Part shown: positions 9,962-21,316 of the stretch, piece after piece
Layout of the letters: each line of letters begins with the position of its first letter
Numbering within the stretch: position 1 is the first letter of the stretch
NCBI GenBank assembly: GCA_050872205.1
Contig: JBNMGK010000001.1
Span: 1-33,529 of the forward strand
DNA: 33,529 nucleotides
DNA from: Enterocloster sp.
GTDB lineage: Bacteria > Bacillota > Clostridia > Lachnospirales > Lachnospiraceae
Direction of reading: 5' to 3'
Notes under the pieces: model-generated
What the model saw: the letters and a program-made list of their open reading frames with translations, nothing else
Told to the model about the DNA's origin: nothing
Databases searched by the model: none
Position numbers and translations under genes: made by a program

Positions 9962-12442
9962 ATGAAGAAAATAATACGGACAGCAGGGATACTTGCGCTG
10001 GTTTTTGCGGCTTCAGCTGCAGTGTATTTCTTTGCTGCGAGAAAAAACATGCAGAAGGAAGAGGCTGTTTATTCTTCCATGGATGCACCGGAGTTTCCGG
10101 TAGTGTATACAGAATTTGATGGAAAAGATATTAATGCGCTTCACGGATATATCCAGAATATGGGAAATCAGGCGGCAGGAGACAGTATTTCTGTGCTGCC
10201 GGAAGACAGAAAGCTGGAAATCCGGGTAAAGGAATATGGAAATGGAATTACGGGCCTTAGCTATGAGGTGCGTAATCTGAGTATGGACCGTCTCATCGAG
10301 AGAACAGAGGTGACGGATTGGCAGGATGAGGGGGGAGATATCCAGGCGGTTCTTCCCATTCAGAACCTACTGACGCAGAATGAGACTTATTTACTGGATA
10401 TTACAGTAAACACAGCGGAAAAGGATATTCATTACTATACCCGCATTATGTGGGCAGACAGTGATCAGGCAGGAGACATGCTTCGGCTGGCGGAAGATTT
10501 TACCAGAAAGAGTCTGGACTATAATGAGGCAAAAAACCTGGTATCTTATCTGGAAACCAACCCGGCAGAAGACAATAGTTCCCTTGGAAATGTAAGTATC
10601 CGGGCCAGTTTTGATCATCTTACCTGGGATGGATTGACTACAGAAATGGTGGGAGAGCCTCAGATTACTCTTCAACTATACGATGGAATTATGGGACAGG
10701 TACAGGTGGAGTACAAGGTACAGATTACAGACAGCACCGGCACCCAGTCTCTGGTAAATGCAGAAGATAATTTTACCATGAAGTGGAATGATAAGCGTAT
10801 CTATCTGATGAACTACAATCGATACGCAAACGAGGTATTTAAAGGAGAACAAAAGAATTTTTCTGGAAAGAGAATTCTGTTAGGAATTTCAGACGCAAGG
10901 CAGATAAAAACGTTAAAGAGTGAAAATTCCCGTTATATTCTCTTTAAAGTAAACGGTAATTTATGGCGTTATGATCAGCATGATAAAAAAGCAACGTGCC
11001 TGTTTACCTTTGCAGATGGTTCCAATGAAGATGTGAGAGCAGATTATAAGAAGCATGATGTAAAGGTGCTTTCTGCTTCTGATGAGGGAAATGTGGATTT
11101 TTTGGTATATGGTTACATGAACCGTGGAACCTATGAAGGACAGATGGGGGTGGTTTTCTATCATTATGATGAAGACAGCCACATGGTCCAGGAAAAGTTT
11201 TTTGTACCTGTTTCAACCGGATTTGACCAGCTGGAATCTGATATCAGTACACTGGCATATCTGGGAGACAATGGAATGACGTATCTGCTGTTAAATGGAA
11301 AGGTTACAGGAATTGATCTGAACAGCAATGAATCAGTGACTGTAGCTTATGGTTTAAGCCAGGGAAATTTCGCAGTAAGTACAGACGGAAGCAGGATGGC
11401 GTGGTTAGAGGGAACGGACGCCTATCATTCCCAGAACCTTCATGTAATGGATTTTAATACGGCTCAGAAACAGGATATTACAGCTCAGACAGGAGATTAT
11501 GTACGGGCTCTTGGCTTTGTGGGAAGCGATCTGATCTACGGTTTTGGACATGAAAGCGATCTTTGGACTGTAAATGGCACTGTAAAAGAGCTTCCTATGT
11601 ACGCCATGTACATTGCAGATAATGAGATGAATATTCAGAGCGAGTACAAAAAGTCGGGAGTATATATTTCTGGCGTAACGGCAGAAGAGGGACGTATCCA
11701 CTTAAAACGTATGGCAAAGCTGGGAGAAAACCAGTATGCTTACCAGGATGAGGATACCATTGTATGCAACCAGAAGGTAGATGCAGATCCATTTGAGGGA
11801 CTTGGCTGGTATGCTTCTCAGGAAAAAGGCCGGGTTTATTTTGTACAGACAGATAATGAAATTAAGTCATCTTCTGTGAAAACAGAGATTCCAAAAGCAT
11901 TTTCTTATGAAAATACAAGTACACTGGAGCTGGCTGGCAGACAAAACAACACAGAAGATGGAGCACTTATTTTCTATGCTTATGGCAGCGGAAATTATTT
12001 AGGAAGCTTTAAAGACTTTGGAGAAGCTGTGAATGCGGCTTACGACAAAATGGGTTATGTAACCGATCAGAATCAGCATCTTTTATGGGATCGAATCAAC
12101 AGAAAACCGATCCGAAGCTTAAAAGATCCAGCTGGACAGGCAAGAGAGATGCTTTCTTATATGGATCATGTTGGAGAGAATAAGCTGCAGGAGAGTGGGC
12201 TGATGACCTTTGATGCTTCCGGCTGCAGCGTAAACCAGGTACTCTATTTCATTGATAAGGGCATTCCGGCGGCTGCCATCATGCCTGACGGCTCATATCT
12301 GCTTCTTTATGGCTATGATCAGTACAATGTAAGTATTTATGATCCTGTTACACAGGAGACCTATAAAATGGGCTTAGGCGATGCAAATGCATATTTCTCC
12401 GGGGCTTATAATGGCTTTTTATGTGGCCTGAAAGTGGAATAA
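9962..12442 (+). CDS. Large N-terminally anchored extracytoplasmic hypothetical protein (826 aa)
   Basis: Long ORF, AAGGA RBS, basic plus hydrophobic N-terminus, beta-rich body; possible TTGTAG-17-TACAAT promoter at 9886-9914. Confidence 0.85.
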   Translation: MKKIIRTAGILALVFAASAAVYFFAARKNMQKEEAVYSSMDAPEFPVVYTEFDGKDINALHGYIQNMGNQAAGDSISVLPEDRKLEIRVKEYGNGITGLSYEVRNLSMDRLIERTEVTDWQDEGGDIQAVLPIQNLLTQNETYLLDITVNTAEKDIHYYTRIMWADSDQAGDMLRLAEDFTRKSLDYNEAKNLVSYLETNPAEDNSSLGNVSIRASFDHLTWDGLTTEMVGEPQITLQLYDGIMGQVQVEYKVQITDSTGTQSLVNAEDNFTMKWNDKRIYLMNYNRYANEVFKGEQKNFSGKRILLGISDARQIKTLKSENSRYILFKVNGNLWRYDQHDKKATCLFTFADGSNEDVRADYKKHDVKVLSASDEGNVDFLVYGYMNRGTYEGQMGVVFYHYDEDSHMVQEKFFVPVSTGFDQLESDISTLAYLGDNGMTYLLLNGKVTGIDLNSNESVTVAYGLSQGNFAVSTDGSRMAWLEGTDAYHSQNLHVMDFNTAQKQDITAQTGDYVRALGFVGSDLIYGFGHESDLWTVNGTVKELPMYAMYIADNEMNIQSEYKKSGVYISGVTAEEGRIHLKRMAKLGENQYAYQDEDTIVCNQKVDADPFEGLGWYASQEKGRVYFVQTDNEIKSSSVKTEIPKAFSYENTSTLELAGRQNNTEDGALIFYAYGSGNYLGSFKDFGEAVNAAYDKMGYVTDQNQHLLWDRINRKPIRSLKDPAGQAREMLSYMDHVGENKLQESGLMTFDASGCSVNQVLYFIDKGIPAAAIMPDGSYLLLYGYDQYNVSIYDPVTQETYKMGLGDANAYFSGAYNGFLCGLKVE

Positions 12443-12453
12443 AAGCAACACAC

Positions 12454-12481
12454 TTTACAAATTTCATTCTTATGGTATAAT
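12454..12481 (+). promoter_or_regulatory. SigA-type promoter of murA
   Basis: TTTACA-16 bp-TATAAT with TG extension. Confidence 0.6.
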
Positions 12482-12578
12482 CTAATGGATGTAAATGAAA
12501 TGTGAACGGATTTTTATAAAATTCTTAAGACCTATAAAAGGATTGCTGTAAGGATTGAATAAGCAACAGAGGTGTGTA

Positions 12579-13871
12579 ATGGAACAATATATTATAAAAG
12601 GCGGTAATCCGCTAGTGGGCGATGTGACCATCAGCGGTGCCAAGAATGCTGCGTTAGGTATTCTGGCTGCCTCGATCATGACAGATGATGATGTACTGAT
12701 CGATAACCTTCCAGATGTAAGAGATATTAACGTAATGCTGGAAGCAATTCAGGAGATCGGTGCAAGAGTAGATCGTATAGACCGTCATACAGTAAAGATC
12801 AACGGCAGCGGTATTAAAGAAGTGTCCGTTGATGATGAATATATCCGCCGTATCCGCGCATCTTATTATTTTATCGGCGCCCTGCTGGGAAAATATAAGA
12901 GCGCTCAGGTACCACTTCCAGGCGGATGCAACATTGGAAGCCGTCCTATTGATCAGCATATTAAAGGTTTCCGCGCGTTGGGAGCAGATGTACAGATCGA
13001 ATGTGGTGCAGTGATCGCCCATGCCATTGATCTGGTAGCAAGCCATATCTATCTGGATGTGGTTTCTGTAGGTGCGACCATTAATATTATGATGGCTGCA
13101 GCTATGGCAGAAGGACAGACCATTCTGGAAAATGCGGCAAAAGAACCTCATATTGTAGACGTAGCTAACTTCTTAAACAGTATGGGAGCTAATATTAAAG
13201 GTGCAGGTACTGATACCATCCGCATCCGCGGAGTAGGAAAGCTTCATGGAACGGAGTATTCCATTATCCCGGATCAGATCGAAGCAGGCACTTTTATGTG
13301 TGCAGCAGCAGCTACCAGAGGAGATATCATGGTGAAAAACGTGATCCCGAAGCATCTGGAAGCAATTTCTGCAAAGCTTATTGAGATTGGCTGTGAAGTC
13401 ATTGAATTTGATGATGCAGTCCGTGTAGTTGGAAAACCATCCCAGAGACATACAGATATTAAGACTCTGCCTTATCCGGGATTTCCTACTGATATGCAAC
13501 CTCAGATGGCTGTTACACTGGCACTGGCAAGCGGTACCAGTATGGTAACAGAGAGCATTTTCGAGAACCGTTTTAAGTATGTAGACGAATTAGCACGTAT
13601 GGGAAGCCATATTAAGGTAGAAGGCAATGTAGCTGTTATTGACGGTGTTACAGGCCTTACAGGAGCTCAGGTAAATGCTCCGGACCTTCGGGCAGGCGCA
13701 GCCCTGGTGATCGCAGGATTGGCTGCTGAAGGCTATACCGTAGTAGATGAGATCGGCTACATCCAGAGAGGTTATGAATGCTTTGAAGAAAAGCTTCAGG
13801 CTCTTGGCGCAGTGATCGAAAAGGTGGATTCTGAGCGTGCAGTGCAGAAGTTTAAGCTGCGTGTAGGCTGA
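12579..13871 (+). CDS. murA: UDP-N-acetylglucosamine 1-carboxyvinyltransferase (MurAB/MurZ-like)
   Basis: SGAKNA, RASYY, LPGGCNIGSRPIDQH (active-site Cys retained), PYPGFPTDMQ, DLRAGA. ATG 12579 with GAGGTG RBS. Confidence 0.97.
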   Translation: MEQYIIKGGNPLVGDVTISGAKNAALGILAASIMTDDDVLIDNLPDVRDINVMLEAIQEIGARVDRIDRHTVKINGSGIKEVSVDDEYIRRIRASYYFIGALLGKYKSAQVPLPGGCNIGSRPIDQHIKGFRALGADVQIECGAVIAHAIDLVASHIYLDVVSVGATINIMMAAAMAEGQTILENAAKEPHIVDVANFLNSMGANIKGAGTDTIRIRGVGKLHGTEYSIIPDQIEAGTFMCAAAATRGDIMVKNVIPKHLEAISAKLIEIGCEVIEFDDAVRVVGKPSQRHTDIKTLPYPGFPTDMQPQMAVTLALASGTSMVTESIFENRFKYVDELARMGSHIKVEGNVAVIDGVTGLTGAQVNAPDLRAGAALVIAGLAAEGYTVVDEIGYIQRGYECFEEKLQALGAVIEKVDSERAVQKFKLRVG

Positions 13872-13887
13872 TTGAGAAAAATAGATA

Positions 13888-13916
13888 TTGACATACCTGC
13901 ACAAATCCATTAAGAT
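13888..13916 (+). promoter_or_regulatory. SigA promoter of the metK leader
   Basis: TTGACA-17 bp-TAAGAT. Confidence 0.75.
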
Positions 13917-13960
13917 ATGTGAGGTAATCCGTTAAGATTTACAATTAAAAAGTTCGTAAT

Positions 13961-14131
13961 ATCCCTTATTCAGAGTGATGGAGGTACAAAGGACCTGCGA
14001 AGTCACGGCAACCCCGGTTGAGTATGTAAAAGCAAGATGTACATGCAAAAGGGCCGGAAGGTGCCAGCCTGAGCGAGGAGCAGAAAAGTACGGAGATTCC
14101 GGAAAACTGCTTGATCGAGCAATAAGAGGAT
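13961..14131 (+). ncRNA. SAM-I (S-box) riboswitch aptamer
   Basis: P1 ATCCCTTATT/AATAAGAGGAT; CAGAG..GGAGG..CGAAG..GGCAACC core and GGTGCC; lies upstream of metK and is followed by a terminator. Confidence 0.92.
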
Positions 14132-14150
14132 TTGAAGATCTGCTATTTTC

Positions 14151-14180
14151 AAGTCCGCAATTGCTGCGGACTTTTTTCTT
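14151..14180 (+). terminator. Riboswitch-controlled intrinsic terminator
   Basis: Stem AAGTCCGCA/TGCGGACTT plus T tract. Alternative antiterminator GGATTTGAAGAT (14128-14139) / ATTTTCAAGTCC (14145-14156). Confidence 0.88.
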
Positions 14181-14240
14181 GCAAGATTCCAGATTTACGA
14201 AACCAGACAATATACACAACAAAAACAAAAAGGAGAACAA

Positions 14241-15437
14241 ATGGAAAGAAGATTATTTACTTCCGAATCTGTAACTGAAGGCCATCCAGACAAAATGTGC
14301 GATGCCATTTCCGATGCCATTCTTGACGCATTAATGGAACAGGACCCAATGAGCCGTGTCGCATGTGAAACAGCTACCACTACAGGACTTGTAATGGTAA
14401 TGGGTGAGATCACTACGAAAGCTTATGTAGATATCCAGAAGATCGTACGTGAGACTGTCCGCGAGATCGGATATGATCGTGCAAAATATGGTTTTGACTG
14501 CGATACCTGCGGCGTTTTAACTGCAATTGATGAGCAGTCTGCTGATATTGCTCTTGGCGTTGACAAGGCATTAGAGGCAAAGCAGGCTGGTGAAAAGCAC
14601 ATGACCGAGGAAGAGTTAGACGCCATTGGTGCTGGTGACCAGGGCATGATGTTTGGCTTTGCAACCAATGAGACTGAAGAATATATGCCTTATCCTATTT
14701 CTATGGCTCACAAGCTGGCAAGACGCCTTACAGAGGTAAGAAAGAACGGTACCTTAAAGTATCTTCGTCCAGATGGTAAGACACAGGTTACTGTAGAGTA
14801 TGATGAGAATGACAAGCCAGTACGTCTGGATGCAGTTGTTCTTTCCACTCAGCATGATGAGAACGTAACTCAGGAGCAGATCCATGAGGATATTAAGAAG
14901 TATGTATTTGATGAGATCATCCCGGCTGACATGGTAGACGAGAACACCAAGTTCTTTATCAACCCAACCGGCCGTTTCGTGATCGGTGGACCTCACGGAG
15001 ACAGCGGTCTTACCGGACGTAAGATCATCGTAGATACCTACGGCGGCTATGCCCGTCACGGCGGCGGCGCATTCTCTGGAAAGGACTGCACCAAGGTAGA
15101 CCGTTCTGCAGCATACGCAGCACGTTACGTTGCAAAGAACATTGTAGCAGCAGGACTGGCTGATAAGTGCGAGATCCAGCTGTCTTATGCTATCGGTGTT
15201 GCTCATCCAACTTCTATCATGGTAGATACCTTTGGAACAGGAAAGTTAAGCAATGAGAAGTTAGTTGAGATCATTCGTGAAAACTTCGACCTGCGCCCAG
15301 CTGGCATCATCAAGATGCTTGACCTGCGTCGTCCGATCTACAAGCAGACTGCTGCTTATGGTCACTTTGGCCGTCATGATGTAGATCTTCCGTGGGAGAA
15401 GTTAGACAGAGTAGAAGATCTGAAGAAGTATCTGTAG
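14241..15437 (+). CDS. metK: S-adenosylmethionine synthetase
   Basis: [34 protein letters not shown]. Confidence 0.99.
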   Translation: MERRLFTSESVTEGHPDKMCDAISDAILDALMEQDPMSRVACETATTTGLVMVMGEITTKAYVDIQKIVRETVREIGYDRAKYGFDCDTCGVLTAIDEQSADIALGVDKALEAKQAGEKHMTEEELDAIGAGDQGMMFGFATNETEEYMPYPISMAHKLARRLTEVRKNGTLKYLRPDGKTQVTVEYDENDKPVRLDAVVLSTQHDENVTQEQIHEDIKKYVFDEIIPADMVDENTKFFINPTGRFVIGGPHGDSGLTGRKIIVDTYGGYARHGGGAFSGKDCTKVDRSAAYAARYVAKNIVAAGLADKCEIQLSYAIGVAHPTSIMVDTFGTGKLSNEKLVEIIRENFDLRPAGIIKMLDLRRPIYKQTAAYGHFGRHDVDLPWEKLDRVEDLKKYL

Positions 15438-15535
15438 TAGAAATGGTTCTGTTATCTATGGCAGAACATGATAGAAACGTAGATTGTGTTAAAATAAAAA
15501 CAATGAAAAGGCTGTAAAAAAGCTTTAAAATAAAG

Positions 15536-15595
15536 AAACCGTCTGGGCAAAAACGGGAGAGTGTGTCATGAACCCGTTGTTTCAGGCGGTTTTTT
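15536..15595 (+). terminator. Intrinsic terminator after metK
   Basis: AAACCGTCTG/CAGGCGGTTT stem with inner AACGGG/CCCGTT, then a T tract. Confidence 0.7.
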
Positions 15596-15615
15596 GTATT
15601 TAATAAAAAACATAG

Positions 15616-15675
15616 TTGACATTTTTTTAACAATACGATATAATGCCTAATGTGAGATTGATAATTAATTAACGA
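15616..15675 (+). promoter_or_regulatory. adhE SigA promoter with two Rex-like operators
   Basis: TTGACA (15616)-17 bp-TATAAT (15639). 18-mers TTGACATTTTTTTAACAA (15616-15633) and TTGATAATTAATTAACGA (15658-15675) resemble the clostridial Rex box TTGTTAANNNNTTAACAA. Confidence 0.72.
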
Positions 15676-15786
15676 AAAATAAAGCAATCCACAAAACATA
15701 ACATGAAAACAAACACATTTAACCTATAACAAACACAAAATATCACAAAGCAACACAAACACAAGGGAATCATGGAGGAAATGGAA

Positions 15787-18399
15787 ATGGCAAAGAAAAC
15801 AGAACAGGTTGTTCCAGAGATCATTGACAGCGTAGAGGGCTTAAATGCAAAGATGGCAGCAATGCGTGAAGCTCAGAAAGTATTTGCAACCTACACACAG
15901 GAGCAGGTTGATAAGATCTTCTTTGCAGCAGCAAGCGCAGCAAACAAGATGCGTATCCCGCTGGCAAAAATGGCAGTAGAAGAGACCGGAATGGGAATCG
16001 TAGAAGATAAGGTCATCAAAAATAACTACGCAGCAGAGTACATTTACAATGCATATAAGAATACCAAGACAGTTGGTGTGATCGAAGAGGATAAGGAATA
16101 CGGCATCAAGAAGATCGCAGAGCCAATTGGTCTGATCGCAGCAGTTATCCCAACTACCAACCCAACATCCACAGCAATCTTTAAAACACTGATCTCCTTA
16201 AAGACCAGAAATGCAATTATCATTTCTCCACATCCAAGAGCTAAAAAGAGCACTATCGCAGCAGCAAAGGTAGTTCTGGATGCAGCAGTTGCAGCTGGCG
16301 CACCAGAAGGCATCATCGGCTGGATCGATGTTCCTTCTCTTGATCTGACAAACGAAGTTATGAGAGATGCAGATATCATCCTGGCAACCGGTGGTCCTGG
16401 AATGGTTAAAGCAGCTTATTCTTCCGGAGAACCTGCACTTGGCGTAGGTGCCGGAAATACACCGGTTATCATTGATGACACTGCAGATGTACGTATGGCA
16501 GTCAACTCCATTATCCATTCTAAGACGTTTGATAATGGTATGATCTGTGCTTCTGAACAGTCTGTAACTGTTCTGGAGTCTGTATACGAAGCTGCCAAGC
16601 AGGAATTTGAATACAGAGGCTGTTACTTCTTAAAACCAGGTGAGATCGAGAAGGTAAGAAAGACCATCCTGATCAACGGTGCGTTAAATGCAAAGATCGT
16701 TGGACAGTCTGCATATACCATTGCAAAGCTGGCTGGCGTAGAGGTTCCTGTAGATACCAAGATCCTTATTGGCGAGGTTGAGTCCGTAGATATCAGCGAA
16801 GAGTTTGCACATGAGAAGCTGTCTCCAGTACTGGCTATGTACAAGGCAAAAACCTTTGATGAGGCACTGGATAAGGCAGAGCGTCTGGTAGCAGACGGTG
16901 GTTACGGCCATACATCTTCTCTGTACATCAATGTAAATGAGACTGAGAAGATCATGAAGCATGCAGAGCGCATGAAGACCTGCCGTATCCTGATCAATAC
17001 ACCTTCTTCCCACGGCGGCATCGGTGATTTATACAACTTCAAGCTGACACCATCTCTGACACTGGGCTGTGGTTCCTGGGGCGGAAACTCCGTATCTGAG
17101 AACGTTGGTGTAAAGCATCTGTTAAATATTAAGACTGTTGCTGAGAGGAGAGAGAACATGCTGTGGTTCAGAGCACCTGAGAAGGTTTACTTTAAGAAGG
17201 GCTGTCTGCCTGTAGCACTGAAGGAATTAAAGGACGTTATGGGCAAGAAGAGAGCCTTCATCGTAACAGACTCTTTCCTGTACAAGAACGGATATACACA
17301 TGTTATTACAGATCGTTTAAATGAAATGGGTATTACCTACACCGTATTCTCCGATGTACAGCCAGACCCAACTTTAGCAAATGCACAGGCTGGTGCAAAG
17401 CTGATGAGAGAATTTGAACCGGATGTGATCATCGCAATGGGCGGCGGTTCCGCAATGGATGCCGGCAAGATCATGTGGGTTCTCTATGAGCATCCAGAAG
17501 CAGACTTCATGGATATGGCAATGCGTTTCATCGATATCCGTAAGCGTGTATACACATTCCCAACCATGGGCGAAAAGGCATACTTTGTAGCAGTTCCTAC
17601 TTCTTCCGGTACTGGTTCTGAGGTTACACCATTCGCTGTTATTACCGATCAGAATACGGGAGTTAAGTATCCGTTAGCTGACTACCAGCTGCTGCCTAAG
17701 ATGGCAATTGTAGATACTGACAATATGATGAGCCAGCCTAAGGGACTGACCAGCGCATCCGGTCTGGACGTTTTAGTTCATGCTCTGGAAGCATACGCTT
17801 CTGTTATGGCTACAGACTATACAGACGGCCTTGCATTAAAGGCTATGAAGAATGTATTTGAATATCTTCCAACTGCTTACAATGAGCCTGGAAACGTAGA
17901 AGCACGTCAGAAGATGGCAGACGCTTCCTGCATGGCTGGTATGGCATTTGCAAACGCATTCTTAGGTGTCTGCCACTCTATGGCACATAAATTAGGCGCT
18001 TTCCACCACCTGCCACACGGACTTGCAAATGCACTGTTATTAAACCTGGTAATTGAGTTTAACGCTGCTGAGAACCCACGGAAGATGGGAACCTTCTCCC
18101 AGTATCAGTATCCACATACCCAGGCAAGATACGCAGAGTGTGCACGTTTCGTAGGCATCCAGGCTAAGGATGATGCAGAAGCTGTTAAGAAGCTGATGGA
18201 GAAGATCGAAGACCTGAAGAAGAAGGTTGGTGTTAAGTCCTCTATCCAGGCATACGGCATTGATGAGAAAGATTTCTTAGACAGACTGGATGACATGGTA
18301 GAGCAGGCATTTGATGACCAGTGCACCGGTGCTAACCCAAGATATCCTCTGATGAGCGAGATCAAGGAAATGTACTTAAGAGCTTACTACGGAAAATAA
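15787..18399 (+). CDS. adhE: Bifunctional acetaldehyde-CoA/alcohol dehydrogenase
   Basis: ALDH domain (PTTNPTST, TGGPGMV, FDNGMICASEQ, EKLSP), linker TLGCGSWGGNS, Fe-ADH domain (GGGSAMD, HSMAHKLG, HGLANA). ATG 15787 lies 8 nt after GGAGG. Confidence 0.98.
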   Translation: MAKKTEQVVPEIIDSVEGLNAKMAAMREAQKVFATYTQEQVDKIFFAAASAANKMRIPLAKMAVEETGMGIVEDKVIKNNYAAEYIYNAYKNTKTVGVIEEDKEYGIKKIAEPIGLIAAVIPTTNPTSTAIFKTLISLKTRNAIIISPHPRAKKSTIAAAKVVLDAAVAAGAPEGIIGWIDVPSLDLTNEVMRDADIILATGGPGMVKAAYSSGEPALGVGAGNTPVIIDDTADVRMAVNSIIHSKTFDNGMICASEQSVTVLESVYEAAKQEFEYRGCYFLKPGEIEKVRKTILINGALNAKIVGQSAYTIAKLAGVEVPVDTKILIGEVESVDISEEFAHEKLSPVLAMYKAKTFDEALDKAERLVADGGYGHTSSLYINVNETEKIMKHAERMKTCRILINTPSSHGGIGDLYNFKLTPSLTLGCGSWGGNSVSENVGVKHLLNIKTVAERRENMLWFRAPEKVYFKKGCLPVALKELKDVMGKKRAFIVTDSFLYKNGYTHVITDRLNEMGITYTVFSDVQPDPTLANAQAGAKLMREFEPDVIIAMGGGSAMDAGKIMWVLYEHPEADFMDMAMRFIDIRKRVYTFPTMGEKAYFVAVPTSSGTGSEVTPFAVITDQNTGVKYPLADYQLLPKMAIVDTDNMMSQPKGLTSASGLDVLVHALEAYASVMATDYTDGLALKAMKNVFEYLPTAYNEPGNVEARQKMADASCMAGMAFANAFLGVCHSMAHKLGAFHHLPHGLANALLLNLVIEFNAAENPRKMGTFSQYQYPHTQARYAECARFVGIQAKDDAEAVKKLMEKIEDLKKKVGVKSSIQAYGIDEKDFLDRLDDMVEQAFDDQCTGANPRYPLMSEIKEMYLRAYYGK

Positions 18400-18453
18400 T
18401 CATTAAATATAAATCGAACCCATTGTGGGTAAAACCTTTATCCTTTGTGTTTG

Positions 18454-18490
18454 GAGCAGACCGTCGGCCTTTTTGGCTGGCGGTCTGTTC
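18454..18490 (+). terminator. Hairpin / probable terminator after adhE
   Basis: GAGCAGACCGTCGGCC/GGCTGGCGGTCTGTTC 16-bp stem with G-U pairs; weak U tract. Confidence 0.6.
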
Positions 18491-18598
18491 GCGTTTATAG
18501 GGCGTTTATGCGTTTATGTGGTCATAGGGGGGAAGTAGTATTTTGCAGAAAAATCAGTTATACTAAGTTATACTGTTGGTAAAAGATAGAAGGTCAAA

Positions 18599-18614
18599 TG
18601 TTTCACGTGAAACA
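18599..18614. promoter_or_regulatory. parS site 5
   Basis: Perfect TGTTTCACGTGAAACA. Confidence 0.95.
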
Positions 18615-18678
18615 AATCTTGGGGAGAAAATTATAAAGAGGAAATTACAGAGAGAAATTTATAGAGAGGAATTTATAA

Positions 18679-19680
18679 ATGGAAACAGAGTTAAAAGAAT
18701 CAATGGGGAAGGAAAAGCAGGAACCAGGATATGGGGAACTGCACCTTCATCTGGATGGTGCCATTACACCCCGGATCGCAAAAAAACTGGCAGTTCTTCA
18801 GGGAATCACTTTGCCTTATGAGGGGGAAATGTTAAGCCATGCATTGTCTGTAGGGGAAGACTGCCAGAGCTTAAATGAGTTTTTACAGTGCTTTGATCTG
18901 CCTTTAAAACTGCTGCAGACCAGGGAAGGTATCAGCGAGGCAGTATATCTGGTGCAGGAGGAGTTAAAAGAAGAAGGCCTTTCCTACGCTGAGCTGCGTT
19001 TTGCACCCCAGTTACACTGTCAGGGTGGATTATCTCAGGTACAGGTTATAGAAGCGGCTCTGGACGGCCTTAAGCGCTCTACACTGCCATGTAACCTGAT
19101 TCTTTGCTGTATGCGGGGTGATGGAAATGAAAAAGCAAATGAAGAGACTATGGAGCTGACCGGGGAATATGTAAAGAAGCGTATTCTGCCAGACGGAAAG
19201 AATAGTTATGGTGTGGCAGCCATGGACTTAGCGGGAGCAGAGGCACTTTATCCCACTTATAAATATAAAGAGCTGTTTAAGAAAGCTGCTGACAGGGAAG
19301 TTCCATTTACCATTCACGCAGGAGAAGCAGGAGGTGCCGGTGAGGTGGCCTGTGCCATTGAAATGGGAGCATCAAGGATCGGACATGGAGTGAGAAGCTA
19401 TGAGAACCCGGCGGTGGTGCGCATGATCCGTGAGAAAGGCATTTTTTTGGAAATGTGTCCAACCAGTAACCGGATCACCAAGGCGGTGACAGATATGAAG
19501 GCTTATCCTTTAAGAGAATATTTGAGCCAGGGGATCAAGGTGGCTGTATGTACGGATGATATGGCTATCTGCCGTACAGAGCTTAAGAAAGAGTTTGATT
19601 ATCTGGAAAAGCTTATGGGGCTGACAGAAGAAGAAAAGGTGCAGATCCTTAAAAATACAAGGGAAGGTGCTTTTTTATAA
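18679..19680 (+). CDS. add: Adenosine/adenine deaminase family protein
   Basis: ELHLHLDG, YAELRFAP, DLAGAE, TIHAGE, RIGHG, EMCPTSN, TDD. Confidence 0.9.
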   Translation: METELKESMGKEKQEPGYGELHLHLDGAITPRIAKKLAVLQGITLPYEGEMLSHALSVGEDCQSLNEFLQCFDLPLKLLQTREGISEAVYLVQEELKEEGLSYAELRFAPQLHCQGGLSQVQVIEAALDGLKRSTLPCNLILCCMRGDGNEKANEETMELTGEYVKKRILPDGKNSYGVAAMDLAGAEALYPTYKYKELFKKAADREVPFTIHAGEAGGAGEVACAIEMGASRIGHGVRSYENPAVVRMIREKGIFLEMCPTSNRITKAVTDMKAYPLREYLSQGIKVAVCTDDMAICRTELKKEFDYLEKLMGLTEEEKVQILKNTREGAFL

Positions 19681-19736
19681 CCTAAAGTTATACTTTTTAT
19701 AAGCATTTTCATATATGTTTTATATGTAATTGTTTC

Positions 19737-19765
19737 TTGACTTTAGCAAATTAACTTGCTATACT
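19737..19765 (+). promoter_or_regulatory. SigA promoter of gdhA
   Basis: TTGACT-17 bp-TATACT with TG extension. Confidence 0.7.
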
Positions 19766-19773
19766 TTTCCTAA

Positions 19774-21207
<1,434 letters not shown>

Positions 21208-21232
21208 TAATTGAAGTAATTTAAAATTTGGG

Positions 21233-21274
21233 ATCCTGCACATGGCCATAAAAAGTCTGTGTGCAGGATTTTTT
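21233..21274 (+). terminator. Intrinsic terminator after gdhA
   Basis: ATCCTGCACA/TGTGCAGGAT stem plus T tract. Confidence 0.8.
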
Positions 21275-21316
21275 GTATTCTGCGTATAAAGGGGAAATGG
21301 AAAAATGGGAGAAGAA

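Noticed and set aside
13932-14274. ORFs of 102 aa (-) and 99 aa (+) upstream of metK
   Set aside because: They overlap the SAM-I riboswitch and its terminator and have no protein-like features.
18576-18821. 81-aa ORF spanning parS5
   Set aside because: TTG start without RBS; overlaps add out of frame.
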